A stretch of DNA of 64,000 nt, taken from contig OX597816.1 in NCBI GenBank assembly GCA_951406725.2, positions 30,628,001-30,692,000 of the forward strand, in the 5' to 3' direction. The stretch's first letter is position 1. Every line of letters starts with the position of its first letter. This DNA is from Octopus vulgaris (taxonomy: Eukaryota). The position numbers were made by a program, and so were the translations under genes. Below the pieces are notes generated by a model. It saw only the letters and a list, made by a program, of their open reading frames with translations. It made no database searches and was not told where the DNA came from. Below, piece by piece: positions 26,113 to 40,235 of this stretch.

Positions 26113-26960
26113 CACTAACAAAATACCCGGCTTTGCTCAGCTTGAAAAGTAGCTATGAAGGAACCATAATTGTTCTTAATGAAGGCATATTCTCGCTTAA
26201 TAGGACACTATTGGATTTCTCTTGAAATGTTATCTTTCATGTAAGAAATGAAATTGTTTCCCCAACACGTTTATTGCATTCTGCTATTTTATGCACAGTA
26301 TTGCAGATACACGCTCTAAATTTATTGTGCATTTTGTAATTAAAGCGCGTAAACGACACATAGCTAATACAAGCATATTAAACAAGAACACAAGATTAAA
26401 TGGAAATGAAACCAGTTATATTTCATTTGAAGCCGTTATTAAAGCAGATATAATGGTACACATAATTTTAAAAGCCTGGTGAAAAAAAAACGTTACTTTT
26501 AGTCTTTTGATATGCAGAAGCTTAATTGTCATATCCTTCTGGGGGTGATACAGGGTATCATTCTTCAGCAATCTAATATAAAGTATTCCCCTCTGTAGGC
26601 GCCACAGATTTCGACATTGGCTTATTGAGAATCTTCAAATGAATATGGACTTCGTATTTCATGCAAAAGACGTGGAAAGAAGCTTGCTTTCATATTGAAC
26701 CGATTATATAGTTATACTCTTTTCCATGTCAAGTTGGCTTTGAACAATTGTTTTTTGTTTTATTGTTTAACATTGCATTTTGTTCAATCTACGAACCTGA
26801 TAACTCAGTATAGTTTTTTTTTGCAAAGATTTCCTACAGGTACAGCTTAAAAGTGCTGCAAACGCTTTTTACAAGGAATCAGACTAGTTGGCCACTTTTT
26901 CATATCACATCGTGTTGATGTGCATAACATATCAACTATTTCATTGCGTCATATATACCA
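26113..26960 (-). mobile_element. Helitron Rep/helicase fragment, decayed
   Basis: Minus strand around 26550-26690 reads FFPRLLHEIRSPYSFED..ICGAYR, matching the Helitron motif LRLLLHxVRGPxSFED...TYREAC. Boundaries approximate. Confidence 0.7.
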
Positions 26961-27041
26961 TTACTGTGTCAGATCCCTTGTGACATGTTTGCAAATATAT
27001 ATATTTATTGAGTAATAGAACTGAACATTAATGCTCAACAT

Positions 27042-27579
27042 CACTTTGATCACTTTGACCGACCAGTCCGTCAGGCGTCCATTTGACACCGCTGGTCACA
27101 GCACGCTGTCCCCTCCTCTCTGGATCGCGCCTTTCTCATCCACGTGATCCCAATCGTCCTCTTGAAATCGTAATTCCACCGTCGTGGAGGACTTCCGGGT
27201 GGTCTTTTCCGCTCACGCGGGTACCACTCGAGAACAGCGTGCGTCCACCGATTATCGGTGAGCCGGGCGACGTGTCCAGCCCATCTATACTTGCTGCGTG
27301 TATATTCTGCGATGACATCTCTCACGCCGGACTTCTGTCTGATGATCTTGCTACTTATGTGCTCTCTCAACGAGATACCAAGCATTGACCTTTCCATGGC
27401 TCATTGAACCGTTACTAGTAAGGGCCGGATGGAAGGCGTTCAATGGCATAAGGGATGTGCTCAAGGGAAGGTTGGGCAGGACCACCCGCGCCAACCTCAT
27501 TAACAGTGCAGTTCTGCCTGCAATGTTATATGGTAGTGAAATATGGGCTACCACAAAGAAAGAAGAGCAAAGACTAGTA
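27042..27579 (-). mobile_element. RTE-clade LINE, 5'-truncated with 5' inversion
   Basis: 27042-27420 minus: AMERSMLG..KYRWAGHVARLTDNRWT..EWYPR..RPPG.PPRRW. 27421-27579 plus: RAGWKAF..VLPAMLYGSEIWATTK. TSD TAAT(G/A)CTCAACAT at 27029-27041 and 27578-27590. Confidence 0.92.
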
Positions 27580-27589
27580 ATACTCAACA

Positions 27590-29050
27590 TATAAGCATAA
27601 AATATCTTGGTCAGGATAAGGCAGTAGGAATATGTCCCTCTGTCAATTTAATGCTGTGCAACGAAAGTTTGGAGGCCTCCATCCTCTGGTGCTCTTGTGT
27701 AAAATGGATAGCGTCTTCAGCTGTATGATTTTCTTTCAAAGTTGTCTTGGAAACAATTTAGTATATTTCTTGTTTTCCATGCAATCTGAATTTCGATCGA
27801 ACATTCCACATAAAACATGAACAATATTTAAGAGTGTTTTGTTCTTTCCAGGGTCTAGAATCTCTGAGTGAGTTTAGTTTTTATGTATGTAGCCGAATGA
27901 TTTTCATGAGCCCTGAAGTAATTGGCTAGAAATTGAAGTCTGAGGCAGGTTTTGAAGAATTTTACTATTTTGTGGTACTAAATGTAATATCTATCTTCTC
28001 CGTTCCCATAAAACAGATATTGTGAATAATACGATATTTACATCTATTTCATAATTTTGACCATCTTGCTTTTGTACTTTACAATGATGAGACTTGCCAG
28101 GTGCTGTTTCACTCAATATTACAATGATCTCATTATCAACAATTACATAAAATGGCATGAATATTTTCCAGGCTATTTCTTTCATTCATCAATGACAATT
28201 CAAAACTCTAAGGCGTGGAGATTGTAATGAACAATTGAAATTCTGCCAAAGAAGATATTTTCCTGGATTATTTCTTCAAGTTTAATATTCATGTAGAACC
28301 TTCAGCCTGGGGAGATTGTGGTTTAATAACGAATCTATCTCTTTAAACCACGAACATGTATAATTAGAGAAGATTGGTCTGTTCGTTGGGAAAGGGTTGA
28401 AATGATGTTATCTGCTGATATATTTCTTATTGTCACTAAAAACTGTGCATGAAGCTTTTTGAGTGATAGCATTGGTTTGAATTAAAAATAGCAATATATT
28501 TTGTGGCGTTCTGAAAAATATGTTTGGGCTAAAGTAAATAATAGCAACAAGAAGCTGTTTTAAAATCTCTTCTTCAGCAAAGACTCGTAGAATAATTTTG
28601 CAAGGGACCAGCACAGTGTAGTAATTACTTGTTTCCAAGTACGTATCACAAATAATTTACGAGATTCCACAGAAACTATCTGGTTTTCAATCGTATAATC
28701 TTTTACAGCGTCATACTGCCAGGCAACTGTTACATTGCTCACTTTGTGATTGGTTAAACGTTAGTCTCTACTCGTCATGCATTTTGGACTTTCATCGTAG
28801 CCTGGTGATATTGAATGCTAGTATATCACTTAACGAACTTCTCCAGTTTTCTACCTAAAACCTGTTTGAAAGTATTCAGATCTCTTCGTGGCTCACACTC
28901 ACTGCACGACATTTTAATTGACAATATTAACTTGTACTGTTTATAGTTGATACTCATCCATCTTTGTTTTGTAGTCCTCAAATCACATTTGTGCTTGGCA
29001 GCACAAAATGTATCAGACATTTTTCCTTAGAACTATTAAAGAAAATATCA
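27590..29050 (-). pseudogene. Possible decayed intronless coding sequence of unknown family
   Basis: Chain of same-strand broken ORFs (28826-29020, 28560-28742, 28408-28638, 27991-28185) in microsatellite-free sequence. Confidence 0.35.
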
Positions 29051-29660
29051 TTTGAAGCAAATCACCCATAAGAATATTAATATTGTTATCTTACAATATG
29101 AAACTTGCATCCAAATATTATCTTTTAACTTACCAATAATTTTCAATGAATGCCATATCGTACCTGCATAATAACCAGCGCAAACTTCATTTATTAGTGT
29201 TCTACAAGTAGGTTTACCTAGGTTCATGTTTTTTTTTTATTTGGAATTATTGATTTTATATTTGGAATTACTGTTTTTATATTTTTGCAAGAAAAGAAGG
29301 GGATAGAGGAAAGAAGCGAGATAAAAATCGTGCTGCTAGTATTAGAAGGAGAGAAATATAGAGGCAGAAAAGACAATGGCAGAGTGAGATAGAAAAGGAA
29401 AGGAAAAATCTAGAAGCGGCAAAAGCTCCAATAAAAAAAGGCAGCATAATGGAATACGGAGGTTCAGCAATGTAGCTTCATACAAAAGGAAGCGGATGTG
29501 AAGAAGTACACACACACACATACACAGACATACTTTCACACACACACGGCTGTTTGCATAGCTACTTCTTCCTCGTCTGTATGATGCTATCATTTACACA
29601 TTCGCTGTCACCTGATTGCTGAATCCCGATGTTTCATTATTCTAGATTTGCCGCTTCCAA

Positions 29661-30277
29661 AGCAGCGATCTGGCAGAAACGTTAGCACGTCGGGCGAAAT
29701 GCTTAGCGGCATTTCGTCTGCCGCTACGTTCTGAGTTCGAATTCCCCCGAGGTCGACTTTGCCTTTCATCCTTTCGGGGTCGATTAAATAAGTACCAGTT
29801 ACGCACCTGGGTCAATATAATCGACTTAATCCGTTTGTCTGTCCTTGTTTGTCCCCTCTGTGTTTATCCCCTTGTGGGTAGTAAAGAAATAGGTATTTCG
29901 TCTGCCGTTACGTTCTGAGTTCAAATTCCGCCGAGATCGACTTAGCTTTTTCAACCTTTCGGGGTCGATAAATTAAGTACCAGCTACGCATTGGGGTCGA
30001 TGTAATCGACTTAATCCCTTTGTGTTTATTTATCCCTGCTATGTTTTAGGCCCTAGTGGGCAATAAAGAAATAAGAAACGTTAGCACGCCGAGCGAAATA
30101 CTTAGCAGTATTTGATCTCTCTTTATGTTCTGAGTTCAAATTCCGCTGCTGCAGTCGACTTCGCCTTTCATCCTTTCGCGGTCAATAAATTAAGTACCAG
30201 TTGCGTACTGGAGTCGATCTACTCGACTGGCCCACTCAATCAAAAATTTTGGGTCTTGTGCCTAGAGTAGAAAAGCA
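29661..30277 (+). mobile_element. SINE family C trimer
   Basis: Three bodies; TSD ATTTG(C/T)CGCTTC(C/T)A at 29646-29659 and 30279-30292. Confidence 0.9.
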
Positions 30278-31119
30278 TATTTGTCGCTTCTAGTTTTGCT
30301 TTTTCCTTTATTTCTATGTCTTCCATTGTGTTTTCCCTTCCTTCATGTCTTTCACTCTAAAGTTTTCAGCCTGCCTTTTACCTCCATGCATAGTCATTCT
30401 CTATAAAAGAACATGAACCCCCTTGCAAATAATTCCAATTGTAATCTCTAATGTCTTGGGTCGTGACTATTAAGGAAACAGCCACCAATGTAGCAAGACC
30501 CAGCTTATATCTAGAAACTGAAGGCCATTGAAATAAGGTGATGCTGCAATCACGAGAGGAGAATTACGATTGCTTCCATCTATACTGCACTTCTGTAGCT
30601 TCAAGAGCAAGGAAACTACGGAAACGAAGAATGTTACATTGTTAAAAATTGGCGTTATATTCTGACGGATGTAACGAAATATCTGCCGTCTGCTTACGAG
30701 ATGCAATCAACTTTCTTTGCATTACTTGCATTTTATCGTGACAAACGCTTGTCTTTTGAATAATCAATATCATGCGATATCAACAACAACTTGCAACTCA
30801 CATTCTATACAATTTCCACATTATAATATTACAAAATCCAAACATGCTTTACAGCAATTCTCTAACTAATATATGTCTGAGACTAAATCACATAACACCA
30901 GTGACAAACAATGCACGATACATACAAACCATCCATCAAAATAAAGCAACACCCATTTTACTTAATCTATACAACAAGAAAATAAATTATCTGCAAGAAC
31001 GAAGCGAATCCATCAGCAAAGCTAATGTAATATACAAGCAAAGTTCTACATGCACTAAAGACAACACTGCACACATTTCAAGTTAACAGAGTTAAATCAG
31101 TTGCAAATATGGTGATAAA

Positions 31120-31660
31120 TAATGGTTTCGAATTTTGGCACAAAAAGGGAATAAGTCAATTACATGAACTTATTTTATCGACTGCAATTTGAAAGGTAGA
31201 GTTCTGGGCGGAAGACGAAATCAGGAAGTAAAGAGCTGGAAGAAATAACACTTCGTATTTCTTTCCGACGTGTTAACGATTCCACCAACTCACTGTCTTA
31301 ATGATGATAAAATAATTCTTACAAAAGTACTTGTCCATAAATTTTAGAGAGTTTAGTTGTTATTTTATCGACCCTAAACGGATGAAAAACGAAACTGGCC
31401 TTGCCTGGCTTGAATTTGGAAATCAAAGAGCCGGAACAAATACTATAAGATATTTTGTTTGACATTCTAAAAATTCTGCCAATCCACGACCATTTAATTG
31501 TTTCTGACTTACGTACAATTTTGGCTCCCTATTCGGAGAAGGGTAAGTCAATTATACCAGTTTACTACTGGGGGTTTATTATGGATTGGCACTTCATTTT
31601 ATCGCCTGTGTAGGTGAGGAAAACCAAAGCTGGCCTCCACAGGATTTGAATTCAGAATGT
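31120..31660 (-). mobile_element. Cluster of old, diverged family C-like SINE remnants
   Basis: Three degenerate TTATTTTATCGAC...GATGAAA...GATTTGAA units. Confidence 0.6.
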
Positions 31661-31723
31661 AAAGAACAGGAATAAATATTGCAAGTATTTTACAGATTCT
31701 ACCATTACACGTTCTTTGTTATG

Positions 31724-31965
<242 letters not shown>

Positions 31966-34900
31966 AAATCAACAACACAAATATTAATATTAAAGCAGCT
32001 CTATCTCTACAGATTCTCTTAATAAAGTAAATATTTAGTTGTTTTACCCCGTTATCACTGCAGCTTGGGCTGTCTTCAAAAAGATATAATTTTTATCAAA
32101 GAATATAAAATGTTAGACTCATAACTTGTGCATTTATTCTGTAACTTGGTCTCTCTTTATAAAGGAATCTATAGATATATATGGCGTTCATTATTCCAGA
32201 GAATCTGAGATTACTTTGGTTATGCTTCTGTTGATTGATCTATTTGGTTTTATCATCACTAAAAATATGCCACGAAAGAATATTATACATTTATTTATTT
32301 TTTCGTGGATATACTATGTTTGTTTCTTAAAAATATGCCAATATATTTAGCTAAAACGAGAGAAAAAAAAAGATTCTCCTTAATGGATATTAAAACCTTC
32401 TGGCTTACCATTATATTTAAGGTGTTCAAACAAAACAAAACAAAACAAAATCAAAAGCAAAAACAACAGATTAACAAAATGGAGCGTTAGGCACAAAATG
32501 TGCTGTGGTGTTTATCAACATTGTAGCATGATTCTGATTTCAAATCCCACATATGTCAACTTTGGTTTTCATCCTTCCCAGGTAAAAAAAGCAAAGTATC
32601 ATAATATAATGACCCACTTTGTCCCACATGTCACTTCGCAAGGCGTGATAGTGTGATTTTGAAGAAATCAGGCTGCTATCTCTCAAAGGTCAAGTGACTA
32701 TGTAGAGGTTTGTTGCTTGATGCGACAGAGCAGGTCTTTGGTATATATAAAACCGTCATTGTGGTAGTGATGATGGGAAATACATAGTAACCAAGAGAGA
32801 GAGAGAGAGGGAGGGAGGGAGAGAGAGTAAGTGATTAGGGCAAGAGACAGATAGATAGACTGTATGGGATTAAAAAAGAGAAATCTAGAAAATAATCTTC
32901 CTGTTCATTTTCCCGTTCTATTTTAGTTAGTTAGAGAGGTGGAGTAAAAGTGAGAGAGAAAGAAATGGAAGAGTGCGAAAAGAGATGAAAGAAGTGAGGA
33001 AGAGGTAGAGGAAAGATGTATAAGACCAAATGCGTTACGTGTTTAGTTGAAAGGAGAAGTGAAGAGCGAGAAAGAAAGCGAGTGAGAGGAAAGAAGGGGA
33101 GAGGGAATAAAGAAAGAGCGAAGTGTTACCGACGTGCTGTAGGATGGAGAGGGAAAGGTAAAGAGAAAGCGATATGTTTAGGATACAATATTTAGTTGGG
33201 GGTGATGTTCTGGTGATGAGGTTAAATAAAGGCAAATAGAGAGACATAAGAAGAGGTGGCAAATAGTGTGTATATTGTCAAAGTAGAGATCATCGACTGT
33301 AAGGAAAAGTAGATGTATACAAACAGCTGGACTAAAATGAAATGAGCTTTGTAGCTGAAAACTATAGAGATGACGATAGTGGTGGTGGTGTGTTGCTAGT
33401 GAAAAGTTTTTTTATTGAACTAAGCGTATAATAGTATTCTTCTATAGGTTCGTTCACAACCTACGCTTTAATTTTTTTAGAGAGGAGGATGTGGAGTGGT
33501 AGAGAGAAAGAGGGAATGTGAGAGTGAGTGAGAGAGGAAGATGGAAAGTGTGAATAAATGAGAGAGGAAGAGAGAATGTGCGAGTGAGCGAGAGAGCAAA
33601 TAGCCAACCGGAACATTATATTGTCACTTAGTGGTCAATGGAAGTGAGAAATGAAGAGAAAGAGAGAAATATAAAATGCTTAGCTGAGGGGAGTTTTAAA
33701 CGCATATAATATATTTTGTAACTGGAAGTGGAACATCTAAGCAAAATAGAAATAAAAATTCATATGATCTTTTCTTCTCTTAATTTATTTTGTTCTGTGA
33801 AATTTCCACTATATAGAGGAGGACTAATAATTATGCCAAGTTTCGTTTATCTCTGTCCTTGCGAAGTAGACCAGGGGAAATTTTGCTTATTACATCCTCG
33901 TAGCTAGATGTAATAATGCGTTGGGTAAAAACAAAACAAATATTGATTTAATTAATTCATAAAGTAAAGGGAAAAAATACAGACTTTAGAATTTTCTATG
34001 ACTTCATTAGCGAGACAAAGATTTTACTTTGTTTAATAAAGTATTTATGTGGGCAGAGTAATTGGCTTTACAAGAACGTATGTAAGTTATACAGAACTGG
34101 TCAAGTTGAAATAATATTTCACGACTGTTCCACGCTGCTTAGACGATTGCTTTCATTAATCGAGCAAACCTAGGATCTGCAAATGTAATCATTCCATCTT
34201 TTTGCCAATCTGGGAATGGATTTCAATGTGCTTTTTTTACTTTTTTTTTGAAATTGTTACCGAATAATTAGAAGATTTCATAGTAATTTCTAGAAACTTT
34301 GACGACCTCATAGTAAAATATCAGTTACTAGCGATCTCAGTATCGCTGTTTTGAAGAGATCATTGTTCTTTCTCGTTTATTTGATAAGATTAGCGGCACA
34401 CAGTTGGAAAGCGGTTGATAATAATTAACATCAAGTAGGCCCTGATCAATCTTAACCGTAATGTAAGACATTTCATCAATTATTATACTGTCTTTGCATA
34501 ATTATGACAAGAATGTCTAAAATGTTTTTTGTTTATTATGATAGTGCTTAAGTAATAATAACAGTAGAGAAATGTGCTGTAATTCTTATTTCGCCTCATT
34601 TCAGTAACAATCAATTGTATCTCTATCTTCTAGACGTGGCCATTTCGTTAAATTTTCAAACGTAGTGTATCTAAGACTACAATATTTAACACATTTTTTC
34701 CTTTTTAATTTGGCAGCAAAAGATTCATGACATTGCAACGATGTTTAAAATTCTAAGGAATATGGAGATTCTAGGGTCTATTTACAAAATTCCTGCCATA
34801 GATTTCCACATGGACCATCTCTTGAAGGTCAATGTTCAAATAAAACCTTCTAAGAGAGCTGAGGTTTCAAAAATGAATCTGTCTTTTTAAATCACTAACC

Positions 34901-35475
34901 GCACAGAGCCACCTTTTCATTTTCTTTCATCTCATTTTCGAATAAGCAAAATATATTTTAATAACCCTCCTCAATAAGTCAACGAAATTGTCATAATATT
35001 TTCACGTGAGAATGCAAAAAGGCTTTTCCCGTTGGCTACCTTCGGATGTTTTGTTTTTAACAAGACACCAACTTCTTAGCTAAATCAACTGAAATGATTG
35101 GAAGCATTTGCCTACAAAAGGAAAGCACAATGAAATGCATTTCTAGATACGAAAAAAGATGAAATGATCACAAGCGGAGAGCGTTTGATCATAGATCTGC
35201 TCGATTTACGAAGGCAATCGTCAAAACAACGTCGAAACAATCGTGAGCTATTATTTCAACATGACTGGATCTATATTTCAAAAGCAATCTGCAGTAGTGG
35301 AAAGGTACTTTATTTATCAAGTTAGTGAAAGGCTATGTTGACATCAGTATCAGTTGAACACGGGGCTTCTTCCATCAAACAGAGATATGCTCAAAAGTAC
35401 CATTCTTGACGTGTCAATGCAGCTTTCTTATCAAACTAGTCTTAATTTTTAAACAGTAGTACGATATAATGTGAC

Positions 35476-35779
35476 GGAGGAGCAATGGCCCAGTGGTTAG
35501 GGCAGCGGACTCGCGGTCGTAGGATCGCGGTTTCGATTCCCAGACCGGGCGTTGTGAGTGTTTATTGAGCGAAAACACCTAAAGCTCCATGAGGCTCCGG
35601 CAGGGAATGGTGGTGATCCCTGCTGTACTCTTTCACCACAACTTTCTCTCACTCTTACTTCCTGTTTCTGTTGTACCTGTATTTCAAGGGGCCGGCCTTG
35701 TCACTCTCTGTGTCACGCTGAATATCCCCGAGAACTACGTTAAGGGTACACGTGTCTGCGGAGTGCTCAGCCACTTACA
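35476..35779 (+). mobile_element. SINE family A, 3'-truncated
   Basis: Matches the 4657-5040 copy up to GCCACTTACA. Confidence 0.93.
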
Positions 35780-36074
35780 TCATGCGTGTTTAAGGCGGTT
35801 GTGTGTTCACATGTGTATGTGTTTGCAAGTAGGCATACACGTGTATGTGTTTATATCCGACTATTTAGATAAATGCTTGCATATGCGTGCATATGTTTCT
35901 CTGTATGTGTGATTACATATGTATATATACACACGTGAATGTTGGTATATGTATTTAGATAATTGAGTTCATGTGGTCTGTTCGCATGTTTCTGTGTGTG
36001 TCTGCATGTGTATGTGAGTATATATGGATTTGTATAAATATATGTGCGTGTGTGTTTGTGTGTATATATGTGTT

Positions 36075-36118
<44 letters not shown>

Positions 36119-36121
36119 TAT

Positions 36122-36200
<79 letters not shown>

Positions 36201-37208
36201 AGCAGCCACAATGCAGTGAAAGCTATTTTGAAAGGATTGATTTCTTTTCGTCTTGTTCATTGTTGTTCATTGTTAGACTAATGATACAGACCTATGATAT
36301 AAGATAATCCAACGGTGATCAGAATCTCAGTACTTCCTTGGAATATAATATCTGTGTCGATATTATACGATGTAACATTTTTTTTAAAAGATAAGAGTTA
36401 TATTTGGCTTCTACATCCAACATGTAGATTCACCACACGGAAGCCCTGTGAGATGGAGAGGTCAAGGTAGGACTGGCATATTTTCAAATAGCTGTTATAA
36501 ATGAGTTAGCTTATACCTCAAGGCTACAGCTTATTCTTGAAAGCTTCAATATCCCCCATATTTCTTTATTGACAATTTGAACTGTTTCTTTCGAAGGAAC
36601 ATAAAATATTAATGTGTTCTTCAAAGAAAACAGAGGTGGATATGGAAATTTACAAAAACTAAAAGGGGAAAAAAAAACGAAGGTGAGAAAGTGTTCCTAA
36701 AGTAAAAATTGTTTGCTTCATAAACCTAAACAAGATCGTAAGGATGTAAATCTAATCACACAAAAAATCTAATCACACAATGTAAATCTAATCACACAAA
36801 AAATCCTTTCTACTGAAGGTACAAGGCCTAAAGTTTTTGAAGGATGAGGTGGTGGTGGTGATGGTGGTGGTGGTGGTGGTGATGGGGTGGTGGGCTAGGT
36901 GATACATCGATCCCAGTACACGATTGGTATTTATTTCATCGACCTTGAAAGAATGACAGGAAAGTCGACCTAATGATAATAATAATCGTTTATTAACTCG
37001 CAACGAGGACTGTAGATAGTGGATTAACCAGAGGCTACATAAATAAAGGGGAGGTTTACACAGAATCGAATGTGAAGAACAAAGAATAGGTATAAGACAC
37101 AACAGCTTGAAAGGAATTTTGAATCTCACTGAACTTGGATTGCCCTGACTGTCAAGCTTATGCACCTTCACTCAGGTGTGCTCTCATACCTTTATACTAG
37201 GGGCCATA

Positions 37209-37446
37209 GTGAAGGCGGTGAGCTGACAGTAACGGTAGTACGCCGGGCGAAATGCGAAGCCGTATTTCGTTTGCCGTTACGTTCTGAGTTCAAATTCCGC
37301 CGAGGTCGACTTTGCCTTTCATCCTTTCGGGGTCGATAAATTAAGTACCAGTTACGCACTGGGGTCGATGGGATCGACCTAATCGCTTTGTCTGTCCTTG
37401 TTTGTCCTCTCTGTGTTTAGCCCCTTGTGGGTAGTAAAGAAATATA
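37209..37446 (+). mobile_element. SINE family C monomer
   Basis: 16-bp TSD TATACTAGGGGCCATA at 37193-37208 and 37447-37462. Confidence 0.95.
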
Positions 37447-37883
37447 TATACTAGGGGCCATACTTATTACTTATCATTTTTATGACTCTTCAATAATTTA
37501 TAACGTTCTATCTTATCCACATTCACCGATCTCCCAAGGGATGAGGGGCTGGCCAAAGAGGAAGTGTGATACTCATTTCATTTAATTATGATTACCTTAC
37601 AAGCTATTTCGATTTAATCACCAGCTATAGGAAAGCTTATTGATCTACCCGATCAAAGGAGGGTAGCGGGATATGGCTAATAAACGGATCTGTGCCATAC
37701 TATACGACAAAAGTTGTTCAACATAACCCCACAAGTACTCAATGTTCATACACTGAAAGACAGCGTCAGAAGAGCTTCGTCGCTCTGCGGGAATCTTACA
37801 GTCGTTCAGTTGAGAAATATCAATGCCTGCAGATTTCATCTCCAAATGGCACTACTTGATAGGGAGTTATAGAAGTTCTTCAT

Positions 37884-38260
37884 GGGTGGAAGCACTCCGT
37901 CGGTTACGACGACGAGGGTTCCGGTTGATCCGAATCAACGGAACAGCCTGCTCGTGAAATTAACGTGTAAGTGGCTGAACACTCCACAGACATGTGTACC
38001 CTTAACGTAGTTCTCGGGGATATTCAGCGTGACACAAGGCCGGCCTTTTGAAATACAGGTACAAGTGAAACAGGAAGTAAGAGTGAGAGAAAGTTGTGGT
38101 GAAAGAGTACAGCAGGGATCACCACCATCCCCTGCCGGAGCCTCGTGGAGCATTTAGGTGTTTCCGCTCAATAAACACTCACAACGCCCGGTCTGGGAAT
38201 CGAAACCGCGATCCTATGACCGCGAGTCCGCTGCCCTAACCACTGGGCCATTGCGCCTCC
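37884..38260 (-). mobile_element. SINE family A, full length
   Basis: 13-bp TSD AGAAGTTCTTCAT at 37871-37883 and 38261-38273. Confidence 0.95.
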
Positions 38261-38355
38261 AGAAGTTCTTCATAGTCCCCAACTGAAACGTCTTCGAAAT
38301 AAAACTATTTACTTAATCTACGTACACCTAGTATTCCGCTGAGAATGTTACTGTG

Positions 38356-38759
38356 GGCGTAGGAGTGGCTGAGTGGTAAGTAGCTTGCTTACCAACCACA
38401 TGGTTCCGGGTTCAGTCCAACTGCGTGGCCCCTTGGGCAAGTGTCTTGTACCATAGCCTCGGGCCGACCAAAGTCTTGTGAGTGGATTTGGTAGACGTAA
38501 ACTGAAAGAAGTCCGTCGCATATGTATGTATGTATATATATATATATTCAACATGTGACCTCGTGAGCACCGCCAGCAATTTTTTTTCCTCTGTCTTCCC
38601 TTCTCGGGATCTTTCCTTCTCCCTTGTTTCCGACGAAGAGCTCCGCTCGAAACGTTAAACTCTCCTTCTTCCCTTCTTTCCTGGGCGTCCAATAATACTT
38701 TATTTGTTCCACGTCCTCGCGTTGCTGTGTTTTTTTTGTGTTTTCTTGTTTGGATTAAC

Positions 38760-38798
<39 letters not shown>

Positions 38799-39023
38799 GT
38801 ACGTGTGTGTATATGTTTGTGACTTTGTGTTTGTACCCCCAACATCGCAAGACAACCGATGATGGTGTGTTTACGTCCCCGTAACTTAGCGGTTCGGCAA
38901 AAGACACCGATAGAATAAGTACTAGGCTTACAAAGACTACGTCCTGGGGTCTATTTGCTCTACTAAAGGCGGTGCTCCAGCATGTCCACTGTCAAATGAC
39001 TGAAATAAGTAGAAGAGTAAAGA
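38356..39023 (+). mobile_element. SINE family B interrupted by a PLE pLTR fragment in its central microsatellite
   Basis: Head 38356-38520, insert about 38548-38760, tail about 38810-39023. Confidence 0.9.
38626..38660 (+). ncRNA. Minimal type I hammerhead motif (U4C variant)
   Basis: gttt-CCGACGA-a-gagc-tcc-gctc-GAAA-cg-TT-aaac; palindromic ACGT stem III. Confidence 0.65.
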
Positions 39024-40065
39024 GTACTTGCTCATACATCACGAAAAAAGGCACGACAGCATGATGGATATAACATCGGAGACGATGTCGTCCGTGTCTT
39101 ACGCAACGGCTTTTATATTTCCCATTTCGAATGGGGTGCCCCTCATGAATCTTTGCTTCTGTAGCAACGAATGAAGAGCCAAAACATGTAAGAGCAATGC
39201 GTGCGGGTGTCTTTGATACCACAGGCATTATATTCTAAGAGGCACTGAGGAACAATTTAATATATACAGTTATATTAGAAGTCTGTGGGGTTTAAAGGAC
39301 ACAGAGTTATATCGACTGCGAAGTATTGATTAATAATATGGTTTGTCGTCTCAAGACGGAAGAAAGGCAAAGATGACCTCACAGTGATGCGAACTCAGAA
39401 GTTTAAAGCGTTGGACATAAGCTGCTAAGGTAATTCGTCTAACTCCACCGATTTTGTTAACACATCGCCTCCAGCAATTAATGGAATAATTAATATTCAT
39501 ACAAGGAATTAAATACAATTATCATAAATAATTTCCAACCCATAATTCCGATATTAAATTACTCATAAGCGACAATGATTCCATGTCTTTGCTTAATGCT
39601 TGTAATTATTTAACATTATTCATAAACGACGACTTCCTCTATGCGTCGCCATGTCTGCTATCCTTCTACGTTACACTTTCTAAAGCAGTACAGAATATTA
39701 TCAAATTATCACAGTTATTTCAAGTTATGAATACTAATTTACTTCCAAATTGAAGGGAAGTATTATAGATATCACATATTCAAATGCATGCTTTTGGCAA
39801 AGTGTAGACTAAAATGTGTGGGATGAAAAAATTAAATAATGTGTGGTATAAATTTCCTTTTTAATAAAACTCAGCACTATTATATTATTAAAAACCTAGT
39901 GCAGTAATAATTGGAGTACTAGATCTTGGTTCATTCACTCCTAGGGGCTGCTAAAGAATCGAAAGTCTCTTTCAAAATGAATGCTCATATATACATATAT
40001 AAATAATTATATATATATATATATATCTATTTAAATATATATAATAACGTTTTGTGTGTGCATGT

Positions 40066-40110
<45 letters not shown>

Positions 40111-40146
40111 AATAGAGTTGAACGCAGGTGTTATTTAAATTATTTT

Positions 40147-40235
40147 ACTTCCGACACATGTTTCGAAGATATCACTGATAAAATTCCAAAGGAATAAAAT
40201 GGTGTAGAACAATGTAATCTTCTCTTCAGAGAAAT
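40147..40235 (-). ncRNA. Type I hammerhead ribozyme with intact core and extended stem II
   Basis: Minus strand atttct-CTGAAGA-gaagat..46 nt..atcttc-GAAA-catgtg-TC-ggaagt. All conserved core nucleotides present, perfect 6-bp stem II, GUC cleavage triplet. Confidence 0.85.

Noticed and set aside
37593-37628. Hammerhead-like CTGGTGA..GAAA..TA (minus strand)
   Set aside because: Core mismatch and no convincing stem I or stem II.
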